A DNA stretch of 63,236 nucleotides, filler included, from Octopus bimaculoides (lineage: Eukaryota): the NCBI RefSeq assembly GCF_001194135.2. It is 4 parts of 4 records of this genome, joined end to end, with 100 filler letters (N's around TTAATTAATTAA, not from the genome) between each part and the next. Parts side by side here need not be neighbours in the genome. Positions count along the whole stretch, not along the records: positions 35,621 to 61,206 come from NC_069002.1; positions 61,307 to 63,236 come from NC_068986.1; 2 more parts are not named here. The stretch is one strand, 5' to 3'. Positions 50,450 through 62,234 of this stretch are shown piece after piece. A program made the translations under genes and the position numbers. The notes beneath the pieces are model-generated. The model was not told the origin of the DNA and ran no database searches. It saw only the letters and a list, made by a program, of their open reading frames with translations. How positions within the stretch are numbered: position 1 is the stretch's first letter; each line of letters starts with the position of its first letter.

Positions 50450-51850
50450 ATGGCACCAAATTTCCGCAGAAGTGGAGAGTACCATCCAGGAGTAATTAAG
50501 AAACCTTACAAAGAGGCGGCCCTCTCCCATCAGCTCCCTACAGCTTTCAGGTGCAAACTCAGAGTAGGCTCACTTTTTCGGGCCGTCCTCTCCACATTTA
50601 CCCACTTTGTAACAAATTTGCTGAAGCACAGCACTTTCTCCTCCACCATCACCTTCTTTTTCAAGTAGAATATTAAAAAAAAAAAAAAGAATGTTGATGA
50701 GGCGCAGGAGTGGCTGTGTGGTAAGTAGCTTGCTTACAAACCACATGGTCCCGGGTTCATTCCCACTGCGTGGCACCTTGAGCAAGTGTCTTCTACTATA
50801 GCCTCGGGCCAACCAAAGCTTTGTTAGTGGATTTGGTAGACGGAAACTGAAAGAAGCCCATCGTATANNNNNNNNNNNNNNNNNNNNNNNNNNNNNNATA
50901 TATATGTGTGTGTGTGTTTGTGTGTCTGTGTTTGTCCCTCAAACATCGCTTGAAAACCGATGCTGGTGTGTTTACGTCCCCGCAACTTAGCGGTTCGGCA
51001 AAAGAGACCGATAGAATAAGTACTAGGCTTCCAAAGAATAAGTCCTGGGGTCAATTTGCTCGACTAAAGGCGGTGCCCCAGCATGGCCGCAGTCAAATGA
51101 CTGAAACAAGTAAAAAGAGAGTAAAAAGAGGGAAAGCAAGTGTTTGTCTTTAGTCCTTACAGTATTGTCCATCGTGCAATCTCTTTCGTCATCGCCACCA
51201 GGCCGAAGAAACCTATTTTCTCTTTCCTGCCAAAGGAAGGCAGCCAAGCGATCTTCACAATAGAATCGGTCTATAGTCAGATCTGTCTACATGCGACAGC
51301 AGCTGTTCGACATAACTTCACAAGTCAGCAATGCACGGGCAATATTCTAGGTACCAGGCACTTTGTCGTGGTCTACGCTGGATTCAGGACTGCAGTTCTG
51401 TCAAAGAGACGAGCTGCGGAAAAGTGCGTGCAACAAACGGTGACCGCACCCGCTCACTACCCGGGAAATACCGGAGATGTCGCAGTCTCAGCGCATGTTT
51501 GCTTATCATCCGCCAGGACGTACCCAGTCCTTCACTCAGCGGATGTTGATAGCAAACACACCATACGAAGCGGGGCAAGGCATGACGGTCAAGTGGTTGT
51601 GGATGATGCATGCGTTGTGGACGTTTACCATCTCCGCCTGATCCTTCGGAGATAACTTCTTGTCGGCCCATTTCTGTTTGAGAGTGGCCACCCTGCTCGT
51701 CATTTCATTCCAGCTCTTATTCATCTGAGATTCCGAGTAGTTTAACCGGTCCGTCCGTACAACGATATAGTGTGGCATGGACTTACCTTTCCAGGTGCCG
51801 AGCAGCAGACTCATTGACTTTCCATGGTTAATTTCAGCTCCTTTCACCGA
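50450..51850 (-). mobile_element. L1/Tx1-clade LINE 3' region, split by a SINE at 50701-51130
   Basis: GAEINHGKSMSLLLGTWKGKSMP, CYQHPLSEGLG, HALRLRHLRYF and FFGLVAMTKEIARWT occur before the SINE; YLKKKVMVEEKVL...FVTKWVNV resumes after it. Confidence 0.8.
50701..51130 (+). mobile_element. SINE family A, full-length young-looking copy
   Basis: GGCGCAGGAGTGGCTGTGTGG...GGTTCATTCCC...tail GACTGAAACAAGTAAAAAGAG. Confidence 0.92.
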
Positions 51851-51879
51851 TTCGTACTCTCAGAGCAGTGCTGTTCACT

Positions 51880-52255
51880 TCGATATGTTTGGTGTCCGAC
51901 ACATGTTCATTGCTTATGGGAAAATCCCATAAAATCACGTAATTCTTATTTTCTGTCACGGCCTCTGGCTCACGTTCATAACTCTTTTCGGCTAGCATCT
52001 CAATGCACACTTTCACCGACACAGCCATGTTTGCGCTTATACTCTTTTGTGCTAGCTTACTGCCTTCTCTTAAGAGATGATTAGAACTTTCGTCTCCTTT
52101 CACACAGATTTTGCGTTTGCTCTCTGACCAAGATTTAACAATCTTTGCCATTATCAAATTCACCCTAATAGTTCGTTTCTGAACGGCTGTAATTAGCGAT
52201 TCGGCTTCTCGTTTCAGGTTTCCGTCAGTCAGCTGTGGCCATCGGTCTTCTGAAT
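51880..52255 (-). mobile_element. R4/NeSL-like LINE remnant (zinc-knuckle/RLE region)
   Basis: GNLKREAESLITAVQKRTIRVNLIMAKI...SNHLL...KLAQK...EPEAVTENKNYVILWDFPI. Confidence 0.75.
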
Positions 52256-53298
52256 AGTTACGTCCTGAGCCGATGCAATCGACTGGGTCGACGTAATCGA
52301 CTACTCCTCTCCATAACTTTGCTAACCTTATACCAAAATTGTAAGGGATCATCATCCCCCCCCCCCCNNNNNNNNNNNNNNNNNNNNNNNNNNNNNNNNN
52401 NNNNNNNNNNNNNNNNNNNNNNNNNNNNNNNNNNNNNNNNNNNNNNNNNNNNNNNNNNNNNNNNNNNNNNNNNNNNNNNNNNNNNNNNNNNNNNNNNNNN
52501 NNNNNNNNNNNNNNNNNNNNNNNNNNNNNNNNNNNNNNNNNNNNNNNNNNNNNNNNNNNNNNNNNNNNNNNNNNNGCCGCCGCTGCCGCTACCGCTACCG
52601 CCGCTGCCGCTACCGCTACCGCCGCTGCCGCTGCCGCTACCGCCGCTGCCGCTACCGCCGCTGCCGCCGTCGTCGTCTTCGTCATCGTCGTCACTATCAT
52701 AATCTGTGCATGTAAGTACAGGGTGGAGTGAATAATTACTCAACTCTTTTTACCGCCCAACGTGGGTCAATCTCCCGTATAATGACTGATTTAATAGCTG
52801 GTCATATTCTAAGATCCCGTGAGTTGTAAATATGATCTTTATTTCGACATTGGTTACTGACCGATCATGTCTATTTATTGCAAGTTACTAAAGCATAAAT
52901 GCTGGTATCTTTCCCTTATTTTAACACAAATTTCCTTCAATTCTTTCACCTATACTCCAAACCATTTATCCTTTATAGTTAGTTTGTCACGATGCTCTAT
53001 ACTGTACCTTCAAACACCTTATGTGACATACTATTTCCCTAGTACTTCCTCTCATCTGTGGGTTGGTGAGACAGATTCCGCAGCTACCAACGTGTCCGAA
53101 CGTGTTTCGTGTCTTTCTTCTCCTTAATTTAAAATTAAATGCATCTGCATGTTTTTCGACTAAATTGAAATTTTATTTTGCGTCAAACGTTTCTAAACCT
53201 GTAAGCTAGTCTTAGTATCACGCTATTATAATCTGGAACTTGTTGTTATATCATAAGTGTACTGTGTCTAGTTTGGAGTCTTGTCTTTCAAATCTGTT

Positions 53299-53386
<88 letters not shown>

Positions 53387-53657
53387 ACACGCATTTTTAT
53401 ATACACACATGTATACAAATATGCAATATACATTAATGTTCACATGTAAACGGTTATATACATGCATATGTACATCATTTCAATCTTTGATATTGTGGTG
53501 CATATTTGTTTCCAGATATCAATGGAAATCTTTGTGTCCGTGTGTATACGTGTATGTCTGCGTTCCTTTGAGTGCGTTTCTGTCTATGTACCCCTTCATC
53601 CCTCCCTCCCTCCATCCCTCCATCCCTGTATGTATGTATGTATGTATGCGTCTGTTC

Positions 53658-53713
<56 letters not shown>

Positions 53714-54174
53714 GTCCATCTATCTATCTCTCTATCTATCTCTGTCTCCCTCTCTGTCTCTCTCTCTGTCTCTCACTCTGTCTCTCACTCTGTCTCTGTC
53801 TCTGTCTGTCTGTCTGTCTCTCTCTCTTTATTTATCCGTTCCTCTTTCCTTCTCCTTCTCCTTCTCCTTCTCCTCCGTCTGTCTTTCTGAATATAACCAA
53901 AATTTAAATTTGTTCATATTCTTATGAATAGAAATATATTTGTATTCATGTGTACCTGTACACATGTTTACATATGCCTACGCCCCACTATACATACATA
54001 CATACATACGTATGTATGTATGTCTATATACCCGCACATACATATACACATATATATTTACACACACGACTCTAACACACAGATATGTATTTCCACAGGC
54101 ATAAATAAGCGTATGTATGTCTGCATACGTAGTTGCACTGGGAATACAGCTTGTGTATAGGCATCTGCATGTGT

Positions 54175-54211
<37 letters not shown>

Positions 54212-55624
54212 TATGCATGTGCGTGTGCGTGTGTAGATCCAAATTTGTGTCAGTATGTGCTTGTATATAGGTGTATGTATGTATATATATGTGTGCAGGT
54301 GGCAATATTTATATATATGAGTATGTATATATGTATGCATGAGTATATATATATATATATGTGCGTGCGTGTATATATATATTTATATCTATATATATCT
54401 ATATATGTATGTGTATATATATATGCATATGTATATATGTATGTATATATATATAATATATATATATATATGTATATATATGTATGCATATATATATATG
54501 TATNNNNNNNNNNNNNNNNNNNNNNNNNNNNNNNNNNNNNNNNNNNNNNNNNNNNNNNNNNNNNNNNNNNNNNNNNNNNNNNNNNNNNNNNNNNNNNNNN
54601 NNNNNNNNNNNNNNNNNNNNNNNNNNNNNNNNNNNNNNNNNNNNNNNNNNNNNNNNNNNNNNNNNNNNNNNNNNNNNNNNNNNNNNNNNNNNNNNNNNNN
54701 NNNNNNNNNNNNNNNNNNNNNNNNNNNNNNNNNNNNNNNNNNNNNNNNNNNNNNNNNNNNNNNNNNNNNNNNNNNNNNNNNNNNNNNNNNNNNNNNNNNN
54801 NNNNNNNNNNNNNNNNNNNNNNNNNNNNNNNNNNNNNNNNNNNNNNNNNNNNNNNNNNNNNNNNNNNNNNNNNNNNNNNNNNNNNNNNNNNNNNNNNNNN
54901 NNNNNNNNNNNNNNNNNNNNNNNNNNNNNNNNNNNNNNNNNNNNNNNNNNNNNNNNNNNNNNNNNNNNNNNNNNNNNNNNNNNNNNNNNNNNNNNNNNNN
55001 NNNNNNNNNNNNNNNNNNNNNNNNNAAAACAAGCAAACAAACAAAATAGCTTGTTTGTTTGATGTGATAAAACACTTAGGTCAAATGTCAGTGCCAAATA
55101 GCAATATTTGGCACTTTAATGAGATTTTACCACAGTAGCGCCATCTGTTGTACATTTCCTTCAACATTACCACTGTAATATGAATTACGCCCCTTCCCCA
55201 TCTTCTTCGCAGATTCATTTTGTTCTTAGGTTTTCGTGGTTGCTTGTTATTACGTTTAGTTATTCATATATCTACCTGTTGTTGTTGTTGTTGTTGTTGT
55301 CGCTGTTGTTGTTGTTGTTGTTGTTGTCGATGCTGCTGTCATTGTTATTGCTGTTGTTTACATTATTGCAGTTGTTGCTGTTGTTGGTGTTGTTTTGATC
55401 CCCATTGCTGTCATTTTTGTTGCTGTTGGTGTTGCTGTTGCTCACGTCGTCGTCGCCATCCTCAGTAGTATTGTGTCTGTTGTTGTTGTTAATGTTGTTT
55501 AGCCCTAGGTCGGTCCATGTATCGTAGGCGAGAGACGTGGGTTCTGCAATTTTAACCTGCACAATAAATTTGTTGATTGTGATCAAATCGATCACAAATC
55601 GACCAGAAGTTGAAGTGATCATAG

Positions 55625-55784
55625 AGATGAAGTACACGTGAGATGAAGTACACGTAAGATGAAGTACACGTGAGATGAAGTACACGTAAGATGAAGTACA
55701 CGTGAGATGAAGTACTTTGCTCAAAAACACAATGCACCGCCCTATTAGGGAATCGAACCCATGATCACTTGGTTACGTGCCCTC
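55625..55784 (-). mobile_element. Family C-like SINE head whose core has expanded into a 16-bp minisatellite
   Basis: The reverse complement GGGTTCGATTCCCTAATAGGGCGGTGCATTGTGTTTTTGAGCAAAGTACTTCATCT runs into five copies plus a partial copy of AGATGAAGTACACGT(G/A) at 55625-55715. Confidence 0.8.
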
Positions 55785-55962
55785 ATATGTACATACGTGC
55801 ATACATAATATATACATATGTACGCATACACTTTTTGTAAGACCTCTGATGAAGTGATTCAGCTAAGTGATTACCTAGAGTAAAGTTTTGCGTAATCCTT
55901 ATGTAGTCGACACCGAAACACGTGTAAAGATATTATGGTACATCTGTTCTCTTGTCTTGTAC

Positions 55963-56114
55963 TATACATGTATGTGTGTATGTACGTATGTATGTATGTA
56001 TGTATGTATGGATGGATGGATATATGTATGTATATGTGTGTATGTATGTATGTGTGTATGTATGTATGGATGTATGTATGTGTATGTATGTATGCATGCA
56101 TGCATGCATGCATG

Positions 56115-56148
<34 letters not shown>

Positions 56149-56321
56149 TGTACGTACGTGTGTGTATGTATGCATGCGTGGTTGTGTGTGTATGTATGTA
56201 TGTATTCACGCATGTAAGTGTGTGTGTATGTATGTATGTATGTGTGTGTATATGTACGTACGTTTGTGTGTATGTATGTATGTATGCATGCGTGCGTGCG
56301 TGTGTGTATGTATGCATGCAT
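55963..56321. repeat. (TATG)n/(TG)n/(TGCA)n compound microsatellite
   Basis: Read directly; runs into an N gap. Confidence 0.95.
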
Positions 56322-57040
56322 NNNNNNNNNNNNNNNNNNNNNNNNNNNNNNNNNNNNNNNNNNNNNNNNNNNNNNNNNNNNNNNNNNNNNNNNNNNNNNN
56401 NNNNNNNNNNNNNNNNNNNNNNNNNNNNNNNNNNNNNNNNNNNNNNNNNNNNNNNNNNNNNNNNNNNNNNNNNNNNNNNNNNNNNNNNNNNNNNNNNNNN
56501 NNNNNNNNNNNNNNNNNNNNNNNNNNNNNNNNNNNNNNNNNNNNNNNNNNNNNNNNNNNNNNNNNNNNNNNNNNNNNNNNNNNNNNNNNNNNNNNNNNNN
56601 NNNNNNNNNNNNNNNNNNNNNNNNNNNNNNNNNNNNNNNNNNNNNNNNNNNNNNNNNNNNNNNNNNNNNNNNNNNNNNNNNNNNNNNNNNNNNNNNNNNN
56701 NNNNNNNNNNNNNNNNNNNNNNNNNNNNNNNNNNNNNNNNNNNNNNNNNNNNNNNNNNNNNNNNNNNNNNNNNNNNNNNNNNNNNNNNNNNNNNNNNNNN
56801 NNNNNNNNNNNNNNNNNNNNNNNNNNNNNNNNNNNNNNNNNNNNNNNNNNNNNNNNNNNNNNNNNNNNNNNNNNNNNNNNNNNNNNNNNNNNNNNNNNNN
56901 NNNNNNNNNNNNNNNNNNNNNNNNNNNNNNNNNNNNNNNNNNNNNNNNNNNNNNNNNNNNNNNNNNNNNNNNNNNNNNNNNNNNNNNNNNNNNNNNNNNN
57001 NNNNNNNNNNNNNNNNNNNNNNNNNNNNNNNNNNNNNNNN

Positions 57041-57072
<32 letters not shown>

Positions 57073-57076
<4 letters not shown>

Positions 57077-58037
57077 AAGTGCAAAAACGAACATTTTTCG
57101 CCATATTTTGCTTTTAATTTCCGTAAAGGCCAGATAACTGAAGCTGCTGAGGTTCACAAAGAGATATATGAAGTTTATGATGTTGATTGCATAACAGAAT
57201 GCACATGTTAGAAATGGTTTTAAAAATTCCGTTCTGGATATTTTCCCCTCAAAAATGACCAACGTTCCAGTCGACCTACTGAAGTTGAAGATGACCAAAT
57301 CAAAGCCATAATTGAATCTGATTGTCATATAACTGTGCGAGAGATTGATGAGAGGTTAAATGTATCACCCACAATTGAAAATCACTTAAAATGTCTTGGA
57401 CTCGTTAAGAAGCTCGATATTTGGGTTCCACATAAATTGAAAGAGATTCACTTAACCCAACGAATTAATATTTGCGATATGCATCTCAAACGCAATGAAA
57501 TCGATATTTTTTTTAATGAATCATCACTGGTGATGAAGAATGGATTATCTACGATAATATCAATCGAAAACGATCATGGTCCAACCGTAATGAACCAACA
57601 CAAACCAGATTGAAATCTTAATTGCTTACAAAAAAAGGCCATGCTGTCAATTTGGTGGGATTACAAAGGCGTTGTGTATTTTGAGCTGCTTCCAAGGAAC
57701 CAAACGATCAATTCAGATGTTTACTGTCAACGACTAATGAAACTGGAGGAAGCAATCAAAGAAAAACGGCCAGAATCGTAAAGGAATCGTGTTTCACCAT
57801 GATTACGCCAGACCACACACATCTTAGCTAATTCGTGAAAAATTAATGGCGGTTGGTTGGGAAGTGATGTCACATCCACCATATAGCCCTGACCTTGCAC
57901 CATCAGATTACCATTTATTTAGAAGGTTGCATAATTCTTTGAATGGTAAAACTTTCAAGAATGATGATGACATGAAATCGCACTTGATTCAGTTTTTGGC
58001 CGATAAGGACCAGAAGTTCTATGAGCGCAAAATCATT
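57073..58037 (+). pseudogene. Near full-length mariner transposase pseudogene
   Basis: EHFRHILL...KFRSG...RSSRP...WVPHKL...ITGDEEWI...MLSIWWDYKGVVYFELLP...HPPYSPDLAPSDYHLFR, with stops and frameshifts. Confidence 0.95.
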
Positions 58038-58277
58038 ATATCAGGTTTGTTGTGCTTACATTTATATTGAGGTCTTCGCAGGTACCTTCCACCAGTATTC
58101 CTATGTATGTATGTATGTATGTATGTATGTATGTATGTATGTATGTATGTATGTATGTATGTATGTATGTATATATGTAAGACCTTTCCATGCCTGCAAT
58201 AATTACCGAAAATCGTTGAGCTCCACGGATTAATGGGATAAATTTCCGAAAATCTTCGACGGGAACTAATATCTTAC

Positions 58278-58366
58278 CTCAAAGAAATGCTTGTTATTCA
58301 TTACATATTGAAGAGTGACATTTGAAGCTTTGAGAAGATATTGGCGAAGCATCAACAGTTGATTAT
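58278..58366 (-). CDS. Candidate internal coding exon, 5' part lost in an N gap; product unidentified
   Basis: An open frame emerges from the gap as NQLLMLRQYLLKASNVTLQYVMNNKHFFE and ends at a strong phase-0 donor GAG|GTAAGA. The sequence is non-repetitive. Confidence 0.55.
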
Positions 58367-59113
58367 NNNNNNNNNNNNNNNNNNNNNNNNNNNNNNNNNN
58401 NNNNNNNNNNNNNNNNNNNNNNNNNNNNNNNNNNNNNNNNNNNNNNNNNNNNNNNNNNNNNNNNNNNNNNNNNNNNNNNNNNNNNNNNNNNNNNNNNNNN
58501 NNNNNNNNNNNNNNNNNNNNNNNNNNNNNNNNNNNNNNNNNNNNNNNNNNNNNNNNNNNNNNNNNNNNNNNNNNNNNNNNNNNNNNNNNNNNNNNNNNNN
58601 NNNNNNNNNNNNNNNNNNNNNNNNNNNNNNNNNNNNNNNNNNNNNNNNNNNNNNNNNNNNNNNNNNNNNNNNNNNNNNNNNNNNNNNNNNNNNNNNNNNN
58701 NNNNNNNNNNNNNNNNNNNNNNNNNNNNNNNNNNNNNNNNNNNNNNNNNNNNNNNNNNNNNNNNNNNNNNNNNNNNNNNNNNNNNNNNNNNNNNNNNNNN
58801 NNNNNNNNNNNNNNNNNNNNNNNNNNNNNNNNNNNNNNNNNNNNNNNNNNNNNNNNNNNNNNNNNNNNNNNNNNNNNNNNNNNNNNNNNNNNNNNNNNNN
58901 NNNNNNNNNNNNNNNNNNNNNNNNNNNNNNNATATGTATGTATGTATATATATATATATATATATATAGAAGCCTATGTATATACGTTAGTGTGTGTTAA
59001 TATTTATATGTGTATATATATATACATACATATGCATAAATATATGTATACAAATGCACACACACACACATGCACACAAACTCACATACCTACACACATT
59101 GTGTAATATATAT

Positions 59114-59144
<31 letters not shown>

Positions 59145-59467
59145 AGGTTCATCGAGTACATTAATCAGTTTTAATTAACTGCCTCCCCCTCTCTCTCCTC
59201 CCCTTGAAAAATATTTCTCTCTTCGTTTAATCAATAAAACATAAACTGATCTATTTATAGAAATCTTTGAATTTATTTTATTTATTCCGCGGTAGAAAAC
59301 ATTTAATCTAGCAGCGAATCTCGATCAGTGGTGACAGTGAACAAGGCTTGGCTGTGTAGATAGGAGGTTCTATTTTTCCCCCCCGCAACTTCGGGATTTC
59401 GGTTTCGATACCAGTGTGTGACATCATGTGTGATTTTTTTCTTTTTCTTTTTTCGTACACAAAAGAA

Positions 59468-59872
59468 GGCGCAGGAGTGGCTGTGTGGTAAGCAGCTTGC
59501 TTACGAACAACATGGTTCCGGGTTCAGTCCCACTGCGTGGCACCTTGGGCAAGTGTCTTCTACTATAGCCTCGGGCCGACCAAAGCCTTGTGAGTAGATT
59601 AAGGAGACGGAAACTGAAAGAAGCCCGTCGTATATATGTATATATATGTCTGTATGTATATGTTTGTGTGTGTGTGTGTGTTTGTCCCCCCACCCAACAT
59701 CGCTAGACAACCGATGCTGGTGTGTTTACGCCCCCGTAACTTAGCGGTTCGGCAACAGAGACCGATAGAATAAGCTTACAAAGAATAAATCCCGGGGTCG
59801 ATTTGCTCGACTAAAAAGGCGGTGCTCCAGCATGGCCACAGTCAAATTGACTGAAACAAGTAAAAGAGTAAA
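59468..59872 (+). mobile_element. SINE family A, full length
   Basis: Same structure as 50701-51130. Confidence 0.92.
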
Positions 59873-59959
59873 CGGGGTCACTCACAAAACCTGGTTTAGA
59901 TTTGGTTAACGGAAATTGAGAGCAGCATAATATCCCTTTCGACAGTAGGTGCCAAGCCC

Positions 59960-60492
59960 GAAATTTTGGGCGAGTTGGCTATTCGTAACTGGAACTTATT
60001 TTATCGATCCCGAAAGGATGAAAGGCAAAGTCGACCTTGGCGGAATTTGGACTCAGAACGTAAAGCCGGCAAAAATTCCGCAAAGCATTTTGTCCAGCAT
60101 GCTAACGATACTACCAACACCGCCTTAATTGAAAACATGCGCATGGTTTCAAATTTTGGCACAAGGCCAGCAATTTCGGGGGAGGCTTAAGTCAATTATA
60201 TCAACCCCAGTGCTCAACCGGTACTTGTTTTATTGACCCCCGAAAGCATGAAAAGCAAAGTCGACTCCGGCGGAATTTGAACTCAGAACGTAAAAACGGA
60301 GGAAATGCCGCTATGTATTTTGTCCGGCGTGCCAACGATTTTTATTTCTTTATTGCCCACAAGGGGCTAAACATAGGGGGGGGGGGCAAACAAGGGCAGG
60401 CAAAGCGATTAAGTCGATTACATCGACCCCAGTGTGTAACTGGTACTTAATTTATTGATCCCGAAAGTCGACCTCGGCGGAATTTGAACTCC
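59960..60492 (-). mobile_element. Cluster of three tandem SINE family B copies
   Basis: GCAAAGTCGAC.....GCGGAATTTG.ACTCAGAACG recurs at about 60025, 60255 and 60465. Confidence 0.8.
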
Positions 60493-60559
60493 TAGGGCTA
60501 AATAGCAGTAGTATGATTCCCTTATTGGAACTGTCACGTTAAGTTGACCGTATACAACT

Positions 60560-60612
<53 letters not shown>

Positions 60613-60614
<2 letters not shown>

Positions 60615-60775
60615 GACGGACTTTTTTCAGTTTCCGTCTACCAAATCTATTTACAAGGCTTTGGTCGGCTCGAGGCTATAGTTGAAGACACTTGCCAAGG
60701 TGTTACGCAGTGGAACTGAACCTGGAACCATGTGGTTGGGAAGCAAGCTTCTTACCACACAACCGCGCCTACACC
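60613..60775 (-). mobile_element. SINE family A, left part (inverted relative to 59468)
   Basis: Reverse complement of the A head and core. Confidence 0.85.
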
Positions 60776-60911
60776 TATATGCATACATACAAAGATACGT
60801 ATTCGTTTTTGTGACACCTGCCAATTTATGGATGTTTGGTAATTGTTTAGAATATGTCTGGCAGTTATTACAGAGGTTTTGTAAGAAATTTATGCGGTGT
60901 CGGAGTCTTAC

Positions 60912-61100
60912 CTTTTCATCAGCTGTTCAAACATTTCAAGGACCTTCTTCTGCGGTTAGCCATGGTCCTCTTACACACGCGATGTTGTTATACTTGAGAA
61001 AACGAGCAACGACAGTTTTGAGAAAAGAATGACTTTGAAGCAGACGCAGTTCAAGTGTTACATCTGTGAACGTGGTCGCAGAACGGAAGCTGAGCGGAAG
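60912..61100 (-). other. Candidate first exon and promoter of an unidentified minus-strand gene
   Basis: Two ETS-like CGGAAG motifs (61084, 61095) and a strong donor AAG|GTAAGA at 60911. The frame ATG TTT GAA CAG CTG ATG AAA AG (MFEQLMK) starts at 60934, with an overlapping short ATG frame at 60963-60919. Confidence 0.5.
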
Positions 61101-61411
61101 AGGCAGTTGTGTGCATATGGTCGTGCAAGGTTTAGTGAAGGGTTGGCCGGCTCTGTTCTGACTAGAAAGAGCAATCAACACACACACACACACACACACA
61201 CACACANNNNNNNNNNNNNNNNNNNNNNNNNNNNNNNNNNNNNNNNNNNNTTAATTAATTAANNNNNNNNNNNNNNNNNNNNNNNNNNNNNNNNNNNNNN
61301 NNNNNNCTTTTGTTAAGAAGTTGATGTTTAAGTATTGCAAGATATATCTGTACAAAAATCAGAATTGTTGAGACTAAGCCAAGGATTACATGGGATGTTG
61401 CATATAAAGCA

Positions 61412-61417
61412 TTTATT
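61412..61417 (-). promoter_or_regulatory. Candidate Rab7 polyadenylation signal (AATAAA)
   Basis: Plus-strand TTTATT reads AATAAA on the minus strand, about 600 nt after the Rab7 stop codon. Confidence 0.4.
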
Positions 61418-61516
61418 TAGTGTTCATTTTAAAGTTAAGAAAACTTCAGAAAAATTTTAGGACAAATTTTTGTCTAAAAGAAAGATTGTGTGTGATGTGT
61501 ATAAACATACACATAC

Positions 61517-61550
<34 letters not shown>

Positions 61551-62015
61551 CACATGCAGGCACACACAATTCAAAAAATTTCTAGGGACCTCACTTTCAA
61601 CCAAAGATTCTGTGCATGGAAATAGGATAAAATTTTAATAAAACAAACTGTTAACTAATCTCTTGCTGAACCAATAATTGTTTTACCACTTTCATATGGC
61701 AATAGTTTTCCTTCTATATTATATATATATATATGCATAATTCAATTTTTTTAATACACACGCATATATATATTTATGCAGGAATATGTATAATATATAT
61801 ATGTGTATATATATGCACACACACACACGCAGATTCATACACTCACACAGATGTACATTTACATAACACATGTTCACACACTAAACAAGTGTGTGTGTGG
61901 TTAATGTTTGAGAGGTCAGCAACAGCAGCAGCAGCTGTCCCTCGGAATGGTCAGAATGGCCCACCCACAAGGCTAGAGCACATCAAACCGAGCCCTTTTT
62001 CTGTTATAAGGTTCT

Positions 62016-62234
62016 TTAACAGCCACATCCTTCTCGAGGTTTGTTCTGATCACTTGTAATCTTAATCTGATCTGGAAATTCATTATACAGCTCCACTTCT
62101 GTTTCTTGGGCTAAAGCATTCTTTGCAACCGTTTGGAAAGCCTGTTCAACATTTATTGCTTCTTTTGCACTAGTTTCAAAATAAGGTATCTCTCCTTTGG
62201 TATGGCACCAACCTTGTGCTCTTTTTGCAGAAAC
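62016..62234 (-). CDS. RAB7: Rab7 last coding exon
   Basis: Acceptor tttcaattgatag|, then [72 protein letters not shown] (219 nt). It has the G5 motif ETSAK and a C-terminal CxC prenylation motif, and its phase matches the upstream exon. Confidence 0.97.
   Translation of the reverse strand, partial: VSAKRAQGWCHTKGEIPYFETSAKEAINVEQAFQTVAKNALAQETEVELYNEFPDQIKITSDQNKPREGCGC

Noticed and set aside
55625-55715. Regular short direct repeats resembling a CRISPR array
   Set aside because: There are no spacers (pure tandem units), the context is eukaryotic, and the unit derives from a SINE core.
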